64,000 nt of DNA from positions 13 through 64,012 of the IMG/VR virus record IMGVR_UViG_3300047160_035982. One strand, given 5' to 3'. The number at the start of each line of letters is the position of its first letter. Within the stretch, counting starts at the first letter, position 1. Shown in pieces: positions 1 to 9,745 of this stretch. The translations under genes were made by a program, and so were the position numbers. Source of the DNA: a virus. The notes under the pieces are model-generated. The model saw only the letters and a program-made list of their open reading frames with translations, was not told the origin of the DNA and made no database searches.

Positions 1-1893
1 GTCTACAAAGGAGGCCCGAGTCTCCCCTTCGGGCGCTGCAGCCGTTTCGGGCTTCGCTTCCTCGAAGTCTTGCGGAGTCGGGATCGTCGCCTCGACGCAG
101 AACGCGCCCGTCACACGGATGATGCCGCCTATGATTTCCGGTCGATCTACTAGTACTTCTTCTTCCGGCGGTTCGTTGTTTGCGATGCTCTTCAGCGTTA
201 CATGTGGGACGATCCCGCCAACTTCTTCGCCTTTCTTGTTCTGCTTGCGCTTGTAGACAAACCCGGCCGCCGGTCCTCGCGTTTCCTCTTTCAATTCGTA
301 CCAGGGAAAGGTGGCCGTTAGGAGCCGCTGGCGAGCGAGGGCGAGCGGTACCCGGCTGGTGTCGACGGTGATCCAGCGGCGGCCCCATTGCTCCGCGACG
401 TAGGCAGTTGTGCCGCTGCCGCAGGTGGGATCTAGTACGAGATCGCCGGGGTCGGTGGTCATGGATAGACACCGCTCTATCACTTTGGCCACCGTCTGTA
501 CGACGTAAAGCTTATCGACCATGAAGCTGCTGCTCGTGTCAGTCCAGAAGTTTGCCAACCCAAAGACTGGAAAGTCGGAGAGGTAGCGCTTGTAGTACAA
601 ACCGGAGCCCGATGCAATGAGCCTCCCAGCTTGAGCCAATCGCGACATTCCTTCTTGATGTGTCTTCCAAAAATTGCGACCGGGCGTGTACTTCTTGCCC
701 TCAAACTCAAACTCGTACGAGCCAGGAGGCCTCTGCGAAGTGAGGTTGTCCATGCTGAACACCCGCCAGCCCATTGGGATGAGGCTTGGGTTGTCGCGTT
801 CGGCTCTGGTCATACGCCTCCATGTCTTGGCGTCTGGGCTCTCAATGCAGGTGTAATTGGACGCCCCCTCGTTACCAACTTCCTTGTCAAGGTAGAGCTG
901 GCGGTACTTGATGCGCTCCCGATCTTTCGCATACCAGAGAATAAAGTCGCAGACGGTCGGCAGCAGCTCCTGTGTGCTGCCGGCTGTTTTTGCAAACGAG
1001 ATTATCGCCGCGCAATTGTCGGCGCCGAAGACCTCGTCCATCAACTCGCGTACATGGTGCAGGTTCTCGTCGCTGATCTGCACGAACACGCTTCCCGTTG
1101 GCGCCAGTAGGTCTCGTGCGAGCAGGAGACGGTCGCGCAGATACGTTAAATAAGAATGTAGTCCAAGCTCCCAGGTGTCCCGGTAGGCCTGCACCATTTC
1201 GGGCTCACGGGTCATGTCGCCATCGTCATTGTGGCTGACGTCGCGCTTGCGGACAAAGGGCTGAAAGTTCGACCCGAACTTAACCCCATAAGGCGGGTCC
1301 ATGTAGATCATCTGCACTTGGCCACCCAGGCCCTCGTAGTGCAAAAGAGAGTTCATCACTACCAACGAGTCACCCAAAATCATCCGGTTCACCCACTTGT
1401 CCGGGTACTCGTAGGCCTTCAGCACTTGGTCGATGACGGAGTGCTGGGGATCACCGAAAAGCTCGAACATCGTTTGTTGCTTATCGCGCTCGTGCGCGCC
1501 GAGGGTTTCGATGATTGCTTTCGTGGAAAGTCGCTCGTGGACGAACAACGGCAGGGTGGGCACATCGAAAGAGAGCCGCTCGGCCTTCCCGGCCCAGTTC
1601 AAAAACGGCTTGCTGAGCGCCTTGAGCTGCTCCGCGGCGCGCTTCGCTTCCTCCAGCGACTTGGCTTCGAGGATCTGGCGGATCGCCACCTCACCCTGCT
1701 CGCGCCCGGGATTCTGCCCGTCCCATTCCAGTATCGGCGAGAGCGACGAATCGTACCGATAGGTAGCGGGAGGCTTTTTCTTTTTGAACTGGGCCTGCGT
1801 GCCTACGTCCGGCCGCATTGGGTTCGTAGATTCTGGGTGCTTGTAGTTCTCAGCGCGCTGCGTTGACCTAGATACTCGCTTTCCTGGTGCCAT
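1..1893 (-). CDS. Site-specific adenine DNA methyltransferase, type III Mod-like (3' end beyond the left edge)
   Basis: Translated by hand from ATG at 1893: open to position 1. Contains IYMDPPYG (motif IV) and VLDPTCGSGTT (motif I, SAM binding). Absent from the ORF track because its stop is outside the window. Confidence 0.9.
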   Translation of the reverse strand, partial: MAPGKRVSRSTQRAENYKHPESTNPMRPDVGTQAQFKKKKPPATYRYDSSLSPILEWDGQNPGREQGEVAIRQILEAKSLEEAKRAAEQLKALSKPFLNWAGKAERLSFDVPTLPLFVHERLSTKAIIETLGAHERDKQQTMFELFGDPQHSVIDQVLKAYEYPDKWVNRMILGDSLVVMNSLLHYEGLGGQVQMIYMDPPYGVKFGSNFQPFVRKRDVSHNDDGDMTREPEMVQAYRDTWELGLHSYLTYLRDRLLLARDLLAPTGSVFVQISDENLHHVRELMDEVFGADNCAAIISFAKTAGSTQELLPTVCDFILWYAKDRERIKYRQLYLDKEVGNEGASNYTCIESPDAKTWRRMTRAERDNPSLIPMGWRVFSMDNLTSQRPPGSYEFEFEGKKYTPGRNFWKTHQEGMSRLAQAGRLIASGSGLYYKRYLSDFPVFGLANFWTDTSSSFMVDKLYVVQTVAKVIERCLSMTTDPGDLVLDPTCGSGTTAYVAEQWGRRWITVDTSRVPLALARQRLLTATFPWYELKEETRGPAAGFVYKRKQNKKGEEVGGIVPHVTLKSIANNEPPEEEVLVDRPEIIGGIIRVTGAFCVEATIPTPQDFEEAKPETAAAPEGETRASFVD

Positions 1894-2124
1894 AACCTTT
1901 CTGGTTATCGTTGCTGATATTACTTTGGCGACAATTAGAACAAAATCCGGGCTGAAACGTCAACCCGCGGTCCTTTCTTTCGAATTCGTGAACACTATTT
2001 CCCGAAAAACGCTATGCCATTGCCGATTTTCGCCCTTCCAAAACATCAGTTCAGGACGACCGCGGAATCCCGCAACGGGAATCGTATAAACATAAATGGA
2101 TAGCAGCTTTGACTTCGAGGCTTA

Positions 2125-2319
2125 TCAACTAGTGCCGATCAGTTTCAGGATCTTTCGCGCCGTCGGCCATCGCACAAAGGTAACCTGCAAATGCCACCGT
2201 TCATCCCAGTTGGGTGAAACGGTCATCAGCAACAGGCCTTTGTGCTCAACGCTCTGGATTTTAGCCAATGGCCTCAAGAGCTCGCGCTGTTCCGGCGTCA
2301 GCTCAAATTGAACGATCAC
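2125..2319 (-). CDS. Hypothetical protein
   Basis: 64-aa ORF overlapping the stop of the upstream lysin-like gene (ATGA coupling). Confidence 0.45.
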   Translation of the reverse strand: MIVQFELTPEQRELLRPLAKIQSVEHKGLLLMTVSPNWDERWHLQVTFVRWPTARKILKLIGTS

Positions 2320-3131
2320 ACCAGCTCCTTCTGTACAACGTTGACCTTCACGCCCGCAGGCACGTCAATGGTGATCGTGACGACGGGCGGTTCACTTGGG
2401 CTAGGCGATGGTTCAAGTGGCGCCGTGACCGGCTCGAATTGATCCCACTCAATCTGCGGCAGGATAAGCTTGGCACTGGCGAACCCGCCCCAATGATCAA
2501 AAAGCCGGTAAGCCTCGGCCGCGAGATCCTCATGCAACTGCGGCCACGGGCCAAGCGCGCTGCCCGGAAAGTAAATCGTCGCGATTACCTCCTCGCTCGT
2601 TCCGCCCCGCTTCGGATCGTTGCTCAGGCCCAGTAACTCGGCTAGCCGCATTGATCCCTCACCGATCTGGTTCGAAGGCCCGATGTCAGCGTAGACGGCC
2701 CAGGTCTGCATCCCGGTCTTGTTGTTGAACATCATAGCCACATCGCCCAGTTGCTGCGCTTTGTGAAATTGCGGCTTTAGGGGTAGAACCAAGAACGGAA
2801 CCTTCGCGCTATTGACGTAGCGCAACGGATCACTGATCGCCAGCACGATATTCTCCAGCGCCGTGTTTGAAACGTAAAAGCCCGGAGCCTCATCGTTGAC
2901 GGTCTGGATGTAAGGAAGGCCCTTACCGTTGGTAGCGATACCCCACCAGTTGCCGGGTGAACCAGCGTTAGCCAGATAATCGAGCCCCGGTGGCGAACCA
3001 CTTGGGTGATAGCACATCGGATGACCGTCCGCGTCAATCGCGAGGCGGCTGGTCCAAGCCAGCGCCCACGGCTTTTCATCCAACCGCATGATGTAGTTGG
3101 ACCCAAAACTGACCACTGCGCTTCTGCTCAT
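2316..3131 (-). CDS. GH75 (chitosanase-like) glycoside hydrolase, putative endolysin
   Basis: Motifs IDADG, YVNSAKVPFLVLP, LGDVAMM, YADIGPSNQIGEGS typical of GH75; lysis position; start re-called at ATG 3131 coupled to the upstream stop. Confidence 0.7.
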   Translation of the reverse strand: MSRSAVVSFGSNYIMRLDEKPWALAWTSRLAIDADGHPMCYHPSGSPPGLDYLANAGSPGNWWGIATNGKGLPYIQTVNDEAPGFYVSNTALENIVLAISDPLRYVNSAKVPFLVLPLKPQFHKAQQLGDVAMMFNNKTGMQTWAVYADIGPSNQIGEGSMRLAELLGLSNDPKRGGTSEEVIATIYFPGSALGPWPQLHEDLAAEAYRLFDHWGGFASAKLILPQIEWDQFEPVTAPLEPSPSPSEPPVVTITIDVPAGVKVNVVQKELV

Positions 3132-3451
3132 TTGCTCAGCTTCTCCTCGATTCGTTGGATCTGCGCAGCCATCTGCCGCTGCCGTTCGGTCGCCACCGAA
3201 ACATCGCTCTGGGTTGCTGCCGGGGTCCGCGCACCGAAGAGGTTTCGGACGCCGGCGATCAGGGCGATCCCGGTGAGCAGCACCAGCTCGTCCAACGGCC
3301 CGCTCAAGCCCTTCTCCTTGCCCATGATCCAGATGTCGTAACAGGAAACCCCGATGGCGATAATCCCCGCCAGGGGTTCCCGCCACCAGTGCACGGGATC
3401 ACCGTTGATAGGCTTGGGGTGGTCTAGTTGCTGCTGTTCCGGGTTGTCCAT
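3128..3451 (-). CDS. Putative holin
   Basis: 107 aa, two hydrophobic segments (LAGIIAIGVSCYDIWIM; LVLLTGIALIAGV), charged C-terminus, directly upstream of the lysin candidate. Confidence 0.55.
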   Translation of the reverse strand: MDNPEQQQLDHPKPINGDPVHWWREPLAGIIAIGVSCYDIWIMGKEKGLSGPLDELVLLTGIALIAGVRNLFGARTPAATQSDVSVATERQRQMAAQIQRIEEKLSK

Positions 3452-3719
3452 TGTTACTGGCCTCCGGTGGCGGTGGCGGCGGCAGTTCGGGCAGACGCTG
3501 GTCCAGCTCCTCAAGGAAAGCGTCGGAGATGTCCCAGGCCTTTTTGACCGGCTCGCCCTCGATCACCAGCCGCATCGCGACCTCCAGGCGGATCGAGTCG
3601 CGGGTCAGCGCGTTGGAGCTGCGGCCCTCGCTGAAGACCTGCGTTGCGGTGATGATGTAAGGCCGTTCGGGCTTACGGCTTGCTTTGCGAGGCCCAGGCT
3701 TTGGCGTAGTCGCTTTCAC
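3399..3719 (-). CDS. Hypothetical protein
   Basis: 106-aa ORF in the late operon, Pro-rich C-terminus. Confidence 0.45.
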   Translation of the reverse strand: MKATTPKPGPRKASRKPERPYIITATQVFSEGRSSNALTRDSIRLEVAMRLVIEGEPVKKAWDISDAFLEELDQRLPELPPPPPPEASNNGQPGTAATRPPQAYQR

Positions 3720-3912
3720 AGGCTGCTTTGGCTGCGTCGATCCCGTCGTGTTCGCCCCCGATGGGCTTGGTCATCGGGTTGCCGTTCTCGTCCAGAAAAG
3801 TCACGGTGGCCGCGTACTTGTCTGGAGCATTGGAGAAGGGGAAAATCTTGTAGTAATTCCCCGTCGTGCCTCGGGCCGCGAAGCGCGGCTCCTGATTCCA
3901 TTGTAGTGCCAT
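3673..3912 (-). CDS. Small phage protein, paralog family (copy 1 of 3)
   Basis: MALQW...DAAKAACE pattern shared with 11517-11837 and 16637-16957; follows a tail fibre gene. Confidence 0.55.
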   Translation of the reverse strand: MALQWNQEPRFAARGTTGNYYKIFPFSNAPDKYAATVTFLDENGNPMTKPIGGEHDGIDAAKAACESDYAKAWASQSKP

Positions 3913-3919
3913 AGGGTTT

Positions 3920-5101
3920 CTAGTTGCTCCTGATGATGTAATTGACGGCCAGATACGGTTGCATGTTGTTATGCGGCTGGTTACCGCCAGCCCCGTCCAG
4001 GCCGATATTGGATTGGGATGGGTTGATGGAAATGTTGGCATTGGCGGCATACAGGATCATGCCGGTCGCCGCGTAATAAGTCCCGCTCATCGGGTAGTCC
4101 CAGTACCGGATGCCGATGAACAGGCCGGATGCCGATTGATAGCCTTCCGGCGTCGAGTTCATCGGATGATTGTGCAGCGGGTCGGCCAGACCGTGACCGT
4201 GCGGGGTCTGTGCTACCACATGGGAGTGACCGTAATCAAGCACGGTATGGCCGTGCCAGGGCATCTCGCCCCAGGCCAGAACGTGCTGCTCCTCGCCCGC
4301 CTGCAGCCCCAGCCATTTGCTCGGGCTGACCCCGACCAGTGTGCGGTTCCGGCAGTCGGGCAGCGCGAGGTTGTTGGCGTCTCCCCCGTAAAAGTTACCG
4401 ACCACCGCCGCCAGGGCCGGATACTGGGCCTTCGGGTACCACGCCCCGTTGCAGACCAGCCAGCCCGGTGGCACGGCCCAATCGGGACCGGCATAGGGCA
4501 TCATGGCCCCGACCGGTACCGCCGTCTGGGAGGACACCCGGATCGTGTCCGCGTCCTCCGTCACCGTGGTCGCGCCCACCCCCGAGATCCGCTTCAGGCG
4601 GAACTGGTTCCCCAGGCGGTTGGCGAACACGCCCGCGCCCTGGCCGATGTTGACCAGCTCCATGTCGGCATTGAAAACAGCCGTGACGTTCTCGGTCGTG
4701 CCGATAGCCACCGCGATCTGCAGGGTATGCTCATTTCGGGAACCGCCGCCCATCTCGGGGCTGATCGGATCGGGCGGGCCTTCGGCGATGGAGACGGCGT
4801 ACAGTGCTTCCGGCTCGCTGCCCACGGTCGCAAACACGCCGATCTCGTTCAGGAAAAACTCCTGCGGGATGGAGCCCAGCGGGATCACGGTCGTGATCGT
4901 CACCTGCCCGATAGCGGTACGGGCCACGCCGACAATCGGGCTGTTCATAACCGGGTCTAGGAGCGCGGTCAGCTCGGGGATTTCTCCCCAGGTCGGCTGG
5001 CCCTGCCCGAGGCCGATCCGGGTGAACGTCACCAGTAATCCGGTCTGCCCCTTGGCGATGATGTCCCGGCCCCCGTCCGTCAGTCTTTGCCTGTAACTCA
5101 T
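3920..5101 (-). CDS. Tail fibre protein with tail-collar domain
   Basis: N-terminal baseplate-anchor region, collar motif VPVGAMMPYAG...WLVCNG...LPDCRNR, HxH repeats, C-terminal HNNMQPYLAVNYII. Confidence 0.85.
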   Translation of the reverse strand: MSYRQRLTDGGRDIIAKGQTGLLVTFTRIGLGQGQPTWGEIPELTALLDPVMNSPIVGVARTAIGQVTITTVIPLGSIPQEFFLNEIGVFATVGSEPEALYAVSIAEGPPDPISPEMGGGSRNEHTLQIAVAIGTTENVTAVFNADMELVNIGQGAGVFANRLGNQFRLKRISGVGATTVTEDADTIRVSSQTAVPVGAMMPYAGPDWAVPPGWLVCNGAWYPKAQYPALAAVVGNFYGGDANNLALPDCRNRTLVGVSPSKWLGLQAGEEQHVLAWGEMPWHGHTVLDYGHSHVVAQTPHGHGLADPLHNHPMNSTPEGYQSASGLFIGIRYWDYPMSGTYYAATGMILYAANANISINPSQSNIGLDGAGGNQPHNNMQPYLAVNYIIRSN

Positions 5102-6513
5102 GTCTTGATGATGTAGTTCACGCCCAAGGAGGGTTGAAGTAAGCTGAACCCACGGCTTTCGCCGACCCCTGAAGTCGTCCTGCCGGGATTATCGACCCAC
5201 CCGGTATAGCCGCCCAGGTTCCCGGCGTCGTGCAGGCCGCAGCCGCGCACGTCGGTGTTGCCGCTGGCCCAGTTGGCCGCGATGACGATCCCGGTATAGG
5301 CCGGATAATCCTGCGTCATCGGACCCTCGAAGACCTCTACGCTCGGGACCGCCCCAGGCTGCAGTGAGCGCGGCCAGCTGTTCTGCCAGTGGCTGTGCTG
5401 CGGATCGGCTAGACCGTGACCGTGCCAGAAGGAGGCCGCATGGAGGTGGCCGGGATCGCCGTGGTTGTGGTTCCCGGTTACAATCGTACCGTGGTTATGC
5501 TGGATGTCGACCGCGTGCGCGTGCCAGGGCAGGTTCTCGACCACCAGCTGCATGTTGCGCACGCCCTGCCGCTCGCCCAATTGCAGGCCCCAGCTCGGCT
5601 CGTCGTTGAGCGCGCCCGCTCCGACCAGCGTGCGCCCCTGCGCATCCGGCAGGTTGAAAGTGGTCACCCCGTCACCCGGCCCGAACCGCGTGCCGCAGAC
5701 CGCGAACAGGCCTGGAAAATCGGTGCGGCTGACGGCCCGCCCGTCTGCCATCAGGTAGCCGAAAGGCGGGTCCACGCCCACGAAGGGCAGCAGGGTTCCG
5801 GTCACGACCACGCCCGCGCCCTGCCCGCCCGTGGAGCCGCCCGTGCCGTTCTCGGTCCCAGCCGTAATGGAAAAATCAATGTGGTCGAGCTGCTCGTCGA
5901 TATTGAGCTTAAGCAGGCCGGGTTGCGGGATCAGCCTGCGGTAGCGCATCCGGTTGGCGATCCGCTCCTTGAATAATCCGGCCGGATGCCAGACCCCCGG
6001 CTGATCGGTGTCCTCGCCGATGTTCTCGCCGGTTAGGTAAACCTCGGCCAGGATCACCACCACCTCGACGTGTGCAGCCTTGGAGATCAGTACCTGGACC
6101 TCGATGGTGTGGATGACCACGGTCGCCTCGCCCTTGGCCGGGATGTAGTCTGGGCCTTCCTCGCCCGTGTTATTGATGGAGTAAAGGATCGGCGGGCCTT
6201 CGGTTGACCCTTCCGGCAGCGGCGTCAGCGTGACCCACAGCCCGATCTCCCGCAGGAAGAATCCCGTCTCGACGTCGCTGGAGCGCAGCGCCCCGGTGAT
6301 GATCACCTTGCCCTCGCCCGCAGGCCGGTAGTCGATGATGGGAATATCCATCACGTGGTTGATCAGGTCCGTGCGCTCGGCCAGATCCTCGCCTGGGGTC
6401 ATCTCGCCTGAGCCAACGCTCATCCGCATGAACTTCAGGCGCTGACCGGCCAGGGCGTCGGCCAGGGCGTCCCAGCCGCCGTTGGTTAGTTGTTGATTCG
6501 GATAGCTTGCCAT
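5098..6513 (-). CDS. Tail fibre protein with tail-collar domain
   Basis: N-terminal anchor region, collar GTLLPFVG...YLMADGRAVSRTDF...FNLPDAQGR, HxH repeats, QPSLGVNYIIK. Confidence 0.85.
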   Translation of the reverse strand: MASYPNQQLTNGGWDALADALAGQRLKFMRMSVGSGEMTPGEDLAERTDLINHVMDIPIIDYRPAGEGKVIITGALRSSDVETGFFLREIGLWVTLTPLPEGSTEGPPILYSINNTGEEGPDYIPAKGEATVVIHTIEVQVLISKAAHVEVVVILAEVYLTGENIGEDTDQPGVWHPAGLFKERIANRMRYRRLIPQPGLLKLNIDEQLDHIDFSITAGTENGTGGSTGGQGAGVVVTGTLLPFVGVDPPFGYLMADGRAVSRTDFPGLFAVCGTRFGPGDGVTTFNLPDAQGRTLVGAGALNDEPSWGLQLGERQGVRNMQLVVENLPWHAHAVDIQHNHGTIVTGNHNHGDPGHLHAASFWHGHGLADPQHSHWQNSWPRSLQPGAVPSVEVFEGPMTQDYPAYTGIVIAANWASGNTDVRGCGLHDAGNLGGYTGWVDNPGRTTSGVGESRGFSLLQPSLGVNYIIKT

Positions 6514-6517
6514 CGGT

Positions 6518-7201
6518 TTACTCGATTAAGGATGGGGCGAATATGGTGATCGTTCGCAGGTGGCGGATCGCGACCCCGACAAAGATGTTCTCGTCTGTGC
6601 TCAGGGTCGGGCGGTCCATCAGGTAGACCGTGGTCCTGATCCGCTTAACCGTGATGGAGGCCTCGTACAATTCCATCGCGGTCGGCTTGGCGATGACGAA
6701 GGATTCCATCCAGCGGCTTCTGGGCTTCATCGAGTTGATCGCCGCGACTACCCGGCGCAGGACCATCGGGTCGGAGGAGGAGGTGCCCGTCAGCACCTTG
6801 AAGCGGTAGGCGTCATGCCAGTCGGCGTGCGGCTTTGGGTTGTACTCGAACCACTCGATCACCCGGCCTTCCTTGAAGACGGTCTGTAGGATCTCTTCCA
6901 CGGCCCATTTGGTGCCCTTGTAGATGTGCCATTCCAGGCTCTTGCGGACCAGCGTTCGCCGCAGCTCCAGCGGCATGTCGGGCTCGTAAAAATCGACATG
7001 AAGCTGCCACGCCAGCAGGTCAATCAGATCGGAGTTAACGATCTTATGGAGATTCGGCAGGATGACGCATTCGTCGATGGCGTCGATGACTTCGCGGGCC
7101 TGCCGGTCCCAGGCATGACAGATCGCATCCGCCTTGGGGTCGTAGGCGACGCTCGGGGTGGTGATGTCGATCAGGTCAACGTCTTTACGGGATTGGCTCA
7201 C
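6518..7201 (-). CDS. Phage tail protein I (P2 gpI-like)
   Basis: LIDLLAWQLHVD...HIYKGTKWAVE motif; position after baseplate J. Confidence 0.85.
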   Translation of the reverse strand: MSQSRKDVDLIDITTPSVAYDPKADAICHAWDRQAREVIDAIDECVILPNLHKIVNSDLIDLLAWQLHVDFYEPDMPLELRRTLVRKSLEWHIYKGTKWAVEEILQTVFKEGRVIEWFEYNPKPHADWHDAYRFKVLTGTSSSDPMVLRRVVAAINSMKPRSRWMESFVIAKPTAMELYEASITVKRIRTTVYLMDRPTLSTDENIFVGVAIRHLRTITIFAPSLIE

Positions 7202-8522
7202 CTTCCAGGCCTCCTGATGGGATTGTGTACTCGTCCTCGAAGCCGCCGAAATTGATGATTGGGTCGCCCCGGAGGTGCGCCACCTGATTGAAGGCCAGCG
7301 GCGTAAAGGGCGGACTGGGCCGTACCAGCGGCACTTGCGGCATCGGCGGAAGGTCTTCGGGCCTGATTATCTGCCCCGGCTCGATAGGCGGCATGGCAGG
7401 CGGCACCCAGCCTTCCTCGGGCGCACGGACCGCCACCCGCTTGACCCCGGCCTCCTGAATCCAGCGGATCAGCTGGGTCGGGATAATGTCGCGCCCGACC
7501 TTGGTCCGCTGCCAGAACAGCCAGCGGTCAACGGCCCGCCGCACGTTGGACAGGATCTCGGAGGCGACCGTCATCCGGCTGCGCCACAGCCAGACGGTCA
7601 GCTGCAGCTCAAACTCGACCACTTGCGGCAACTGGGCAAAGACGTAATCGGTCAGCGGCCTGCGCCGATCCTGGCTGCATATCTCCAGCACGTCCTGCAG
7701 AATTGCCGGGGTAGGCAGCTCGCCGTCACGCATCAAGGGGAAAAGGTGCACCTCGCCCGCGATCTCGGGCGCGGAATGAACCGCGCAGTCGATAATGTCC
7801 GGGTGCGCCGTCTTGGCCCAGAACTCGTAGGCCAGTTCCGGCCCGCACGTCGAGAAGGATTCCGGCACCAGCCGCAGGCGGTCCCGGTAATGCTCGTCAT
7901 CTTCCCGACCAGCGCCCCCGGTGGTCGGCTCGATGTTGCTGACCGTGACCGCGAAAGGCTGGTTCCAATCCACCAGGGCGCTGATCGCCCCGATAGGGAT
8001 ATTGTTGAACTCGGTGCCCATCTCGGTCGAGTGCGCCGGGATGTCCACGGCGATCTGGCCGGAAGGGATCGAATCCGCCCGCGTGGTGTGGAAGATGATC
8101 TCGCCGTTGGAGGTCACCCGCGTGTCGACCGGGATCATGGCGGTGAAGGGCAACGGCGCCGTCAGGGTGAATCGCAGGATAGTGTCGGCGAAGGCCCCTT
8201 TGAGCCGTTTCGCCCGATCCCCGTAGAGCGCCCCCAGGTTATCCAGGTAATCCCCTCGGGAATACTTGAGGAGATTCATTTTCCCGGTGAAGTCGATGTC
8301 TACCCGGTCGTGAACGATCCAGTAAATCCCGGTCAAAAGCAGCAGCCGGGTCGGGTCGGCAGGCCCCAGTATCTTGCCGATCCCGGTCAGCGCCTGGAAC
8401 CGGAGCTGGTAATCGGTTAGCGCCTCGTCACGGATCAGGGTCGGGTCCTTCTTGGCGAAATCGACGTGCGGGATGAAATCCCAGTTGAACCCAGGCTCTG
8501 CTAATACTGTGCCGTTCGCCAT
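7185..8522 (-). CDS. Baseplate J/gp47 family protein
   Basis: YLDNLGALYG, GGAGREDDEHYRDRL, RRPLTDYV motifs. Confidence 0.9.
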   Translation of the reverse strand: MANGTVLAEPGFNWDFIPHVDFAKKDPTLIRDEALTDYQLRFQALTGIGKILGPADPTRLLLLTGIYWIVHDRVDIDFTGKMNLLKYSRGDYLDNLGALYGDRAKRLKGAFADTILRFTLTAPLPFTAMIPVDTRVTSNGEIIFHTTRADSIPSGQIAVDIPAHSTEMGTEFNNIPIGAISALVDWNQPFAVTVSNIEPTTGGAGREDDEHYRDRLRLVPESFSTCGPELAYEFWAKTAHPDIIDCAVHSAPEIAGEVHLFPLMRDGELPTPAILQDVLEICSQDRRRPLTDYVFAQLPQVVEFELQLTVWLWRSRMTVASEILSNVRRAVDRWLFWQRTKVGRDIIPTQLIRWIQEAGVKRVAVRAPEEGWVPPAMPPIEPGQIIRPEDLPPMPQVPLVRPSPPFTPLAFNQVAHLRGDPIINFGGFEDEYTIPSGGLEGEPIP

Positions 8523-8524
8523 GT

Positions 8525-8968
8525 TTAGAATATCGGGTTAAAGGGATCACTCGGGTCGAAGGCCCGCGTGGTCTGGTAGCGGGTCTTGGTGCCGAAGATG
8601 ACCGGGTTGACCTTGAGGGAAAGGACCGGGATCAGGTGCCCGTCGACCGCCTCCATAGCGTCACCGCCGTAATTCAGCTCAACTACTTCGGCCCTCGGCT
8701 CAAACTGGTACAGGGCGTCGATAATCTCGACGATGACGCCTTGGGCGATGTTCTGCGGCAGATCAATGATCTCGCCGCTCACCCCCAGCAGCCGGTCCAG
8801 CGGCACCGTGAAAAGCGGTGTGGTCAGGAGCATCTTGACGTTCTGGAAAATCTCCTTGAAGGAGATGGCCCCGAAATCGACCTCCACAAAGGATTCCATC
8901 GAAAGCGGCTGGCCGTTCTCGTCGGTGAATTGCAGCCGCCAGTTTGCACCCAGGCCCTTGGAGATCAT
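8525..8968 (-). CDS. Baseplate wedge protein (gpW/gp25-like)
   Basis: IFQNVKMLLTTPLFTVPLDRLLG...FEPRAEV. Confidence 0.75.
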   Translation of the reverse strand: MISKGLGANWRLQFTDENGQPLSMESFVEVDFGAISFKEIFQNVKMLLTTPLFTVPLDRLLGVSGEIIDLPQNIAQGVIVEIIDALYQFEPRAEVVELNYGGDAMEAVDGHLIPVLSLKVNPVIFGTKTRYQTTRAFDPSDPFNPIF

Positions 8969-9411
8969 ATCGCGGCTCCTCCTATCCCCGGCAGGTTCTC
9001 GGCGGCAAACGGCATGTACTCCTCGAAGTCCACGTCCAGCTCGACCGCGATCAGCCGCCCTCCCGGCAACCAGTGCTTGTGGCTTTCACTTAAGGACTTG
9101 ATGATGAACAGGCACGGCGGCGGACCCATCGGCCTGAAGCCGACAATCAGCGGTGCCGCCATCGCGCTCATGTGCATGGCGTGGAACTCGGCCAGGATAC
9201 GGTTGGGATCGCCGCACCATACCGAGTTCAGGCTCATCCGCAGACTGATCTCGACCAGATCATTCCCGGCCCATTCGGTCAGCGGCTTGTTCATGTGGAT
9301 CATGTGCTTGGCGAACCGCCCCTTGTAAGCCCGCTTGATCTCGTAGAAGGTGCGGATCGCGCCCAGGCCGCGCCCGAAAAAGATTGGTCCGAATAGTCCT
9401 TCCAGCGCCAT
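8965..9411 (-). CDS. Phage tail protein GpU-like
   Basis: KPLTEWAG...ISL, C-terminal VELDVDFEEY; synteny. Confidence 0.75.
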   Translation of the reverse strand: MALEGLFGPIFFGRGLGAIRTFYEIKRAYKGRFAKHMIHMNKPLTEWAGNDLVEISLRMSLNSVWCGDPNRILAEFHAMHMSAMAAPLIVGFRPMGPPPCLFIIKSLSESHKHWLPGGRLIAVELDVDFEEYMPFAAENLPGIGGAAI

Positions 9412-9412
9412 G

Positions 9413-9745
9413 TCATTCCTCGAAGTGCGCGTCCCATTTCCCCTCGTTGATCAGGATCGTGACCTTCTTGAGCTTGGGCAGCTCCAGGTTCTCGAAGACC
9501 TCATAGCGTTTGCCGTACTGCACCCGCAGATCCCATTGCGCTCCGGTGGCCCCGTTGCCGAAGACGGTCAGGCTTTCAGAGGTCTGCAGCGGTTTGCCGT
9601 GCAGGTAATCCTTGCCCCAGGCCTCCTGGGAGTGAGGCTTGATCCAGAGCTTGGTGAACGTCTGGCCCGAATCGTCGGTCAGGATGAAATGGAACAGGCT
9701 AACCCGAGCCAGGGCGGTCGCCATGAAGACGCTAGTTATGGTCAT
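9413..9745 (-). CDS. Hypothetical exported protein inserted in the baseplate module
   Basis: GGAGG RBS before ATG 9745; hydrophobic N-terminus; not a standard baseplate gene. Confidence 0.5.
   Translation of the reverse strand: MTITSVFMATALARVSLFHFILTDDSGQTFTKLWIKPHSQEAWGKDYLHGKPLQTSESLTVFGNGATGAQWDLRVQYGKRYEVFENLELPKLKKVTILINEGKWDAHFEE

Noticed and set aside
631-1866. Plus-strand ORFs 631-1110 and 1231-1866 (and similar long antisense ORFs across the prophage)
   Set aside because: Shadow frames of real minus-strand genes in GC-rich DNA; no motifs.
6960-6990. Guide A target in tail protein I (LRRTLVRKS codons)
   Set aside because: Only about 5 of 10 dinucleotides match, within chance expectation.
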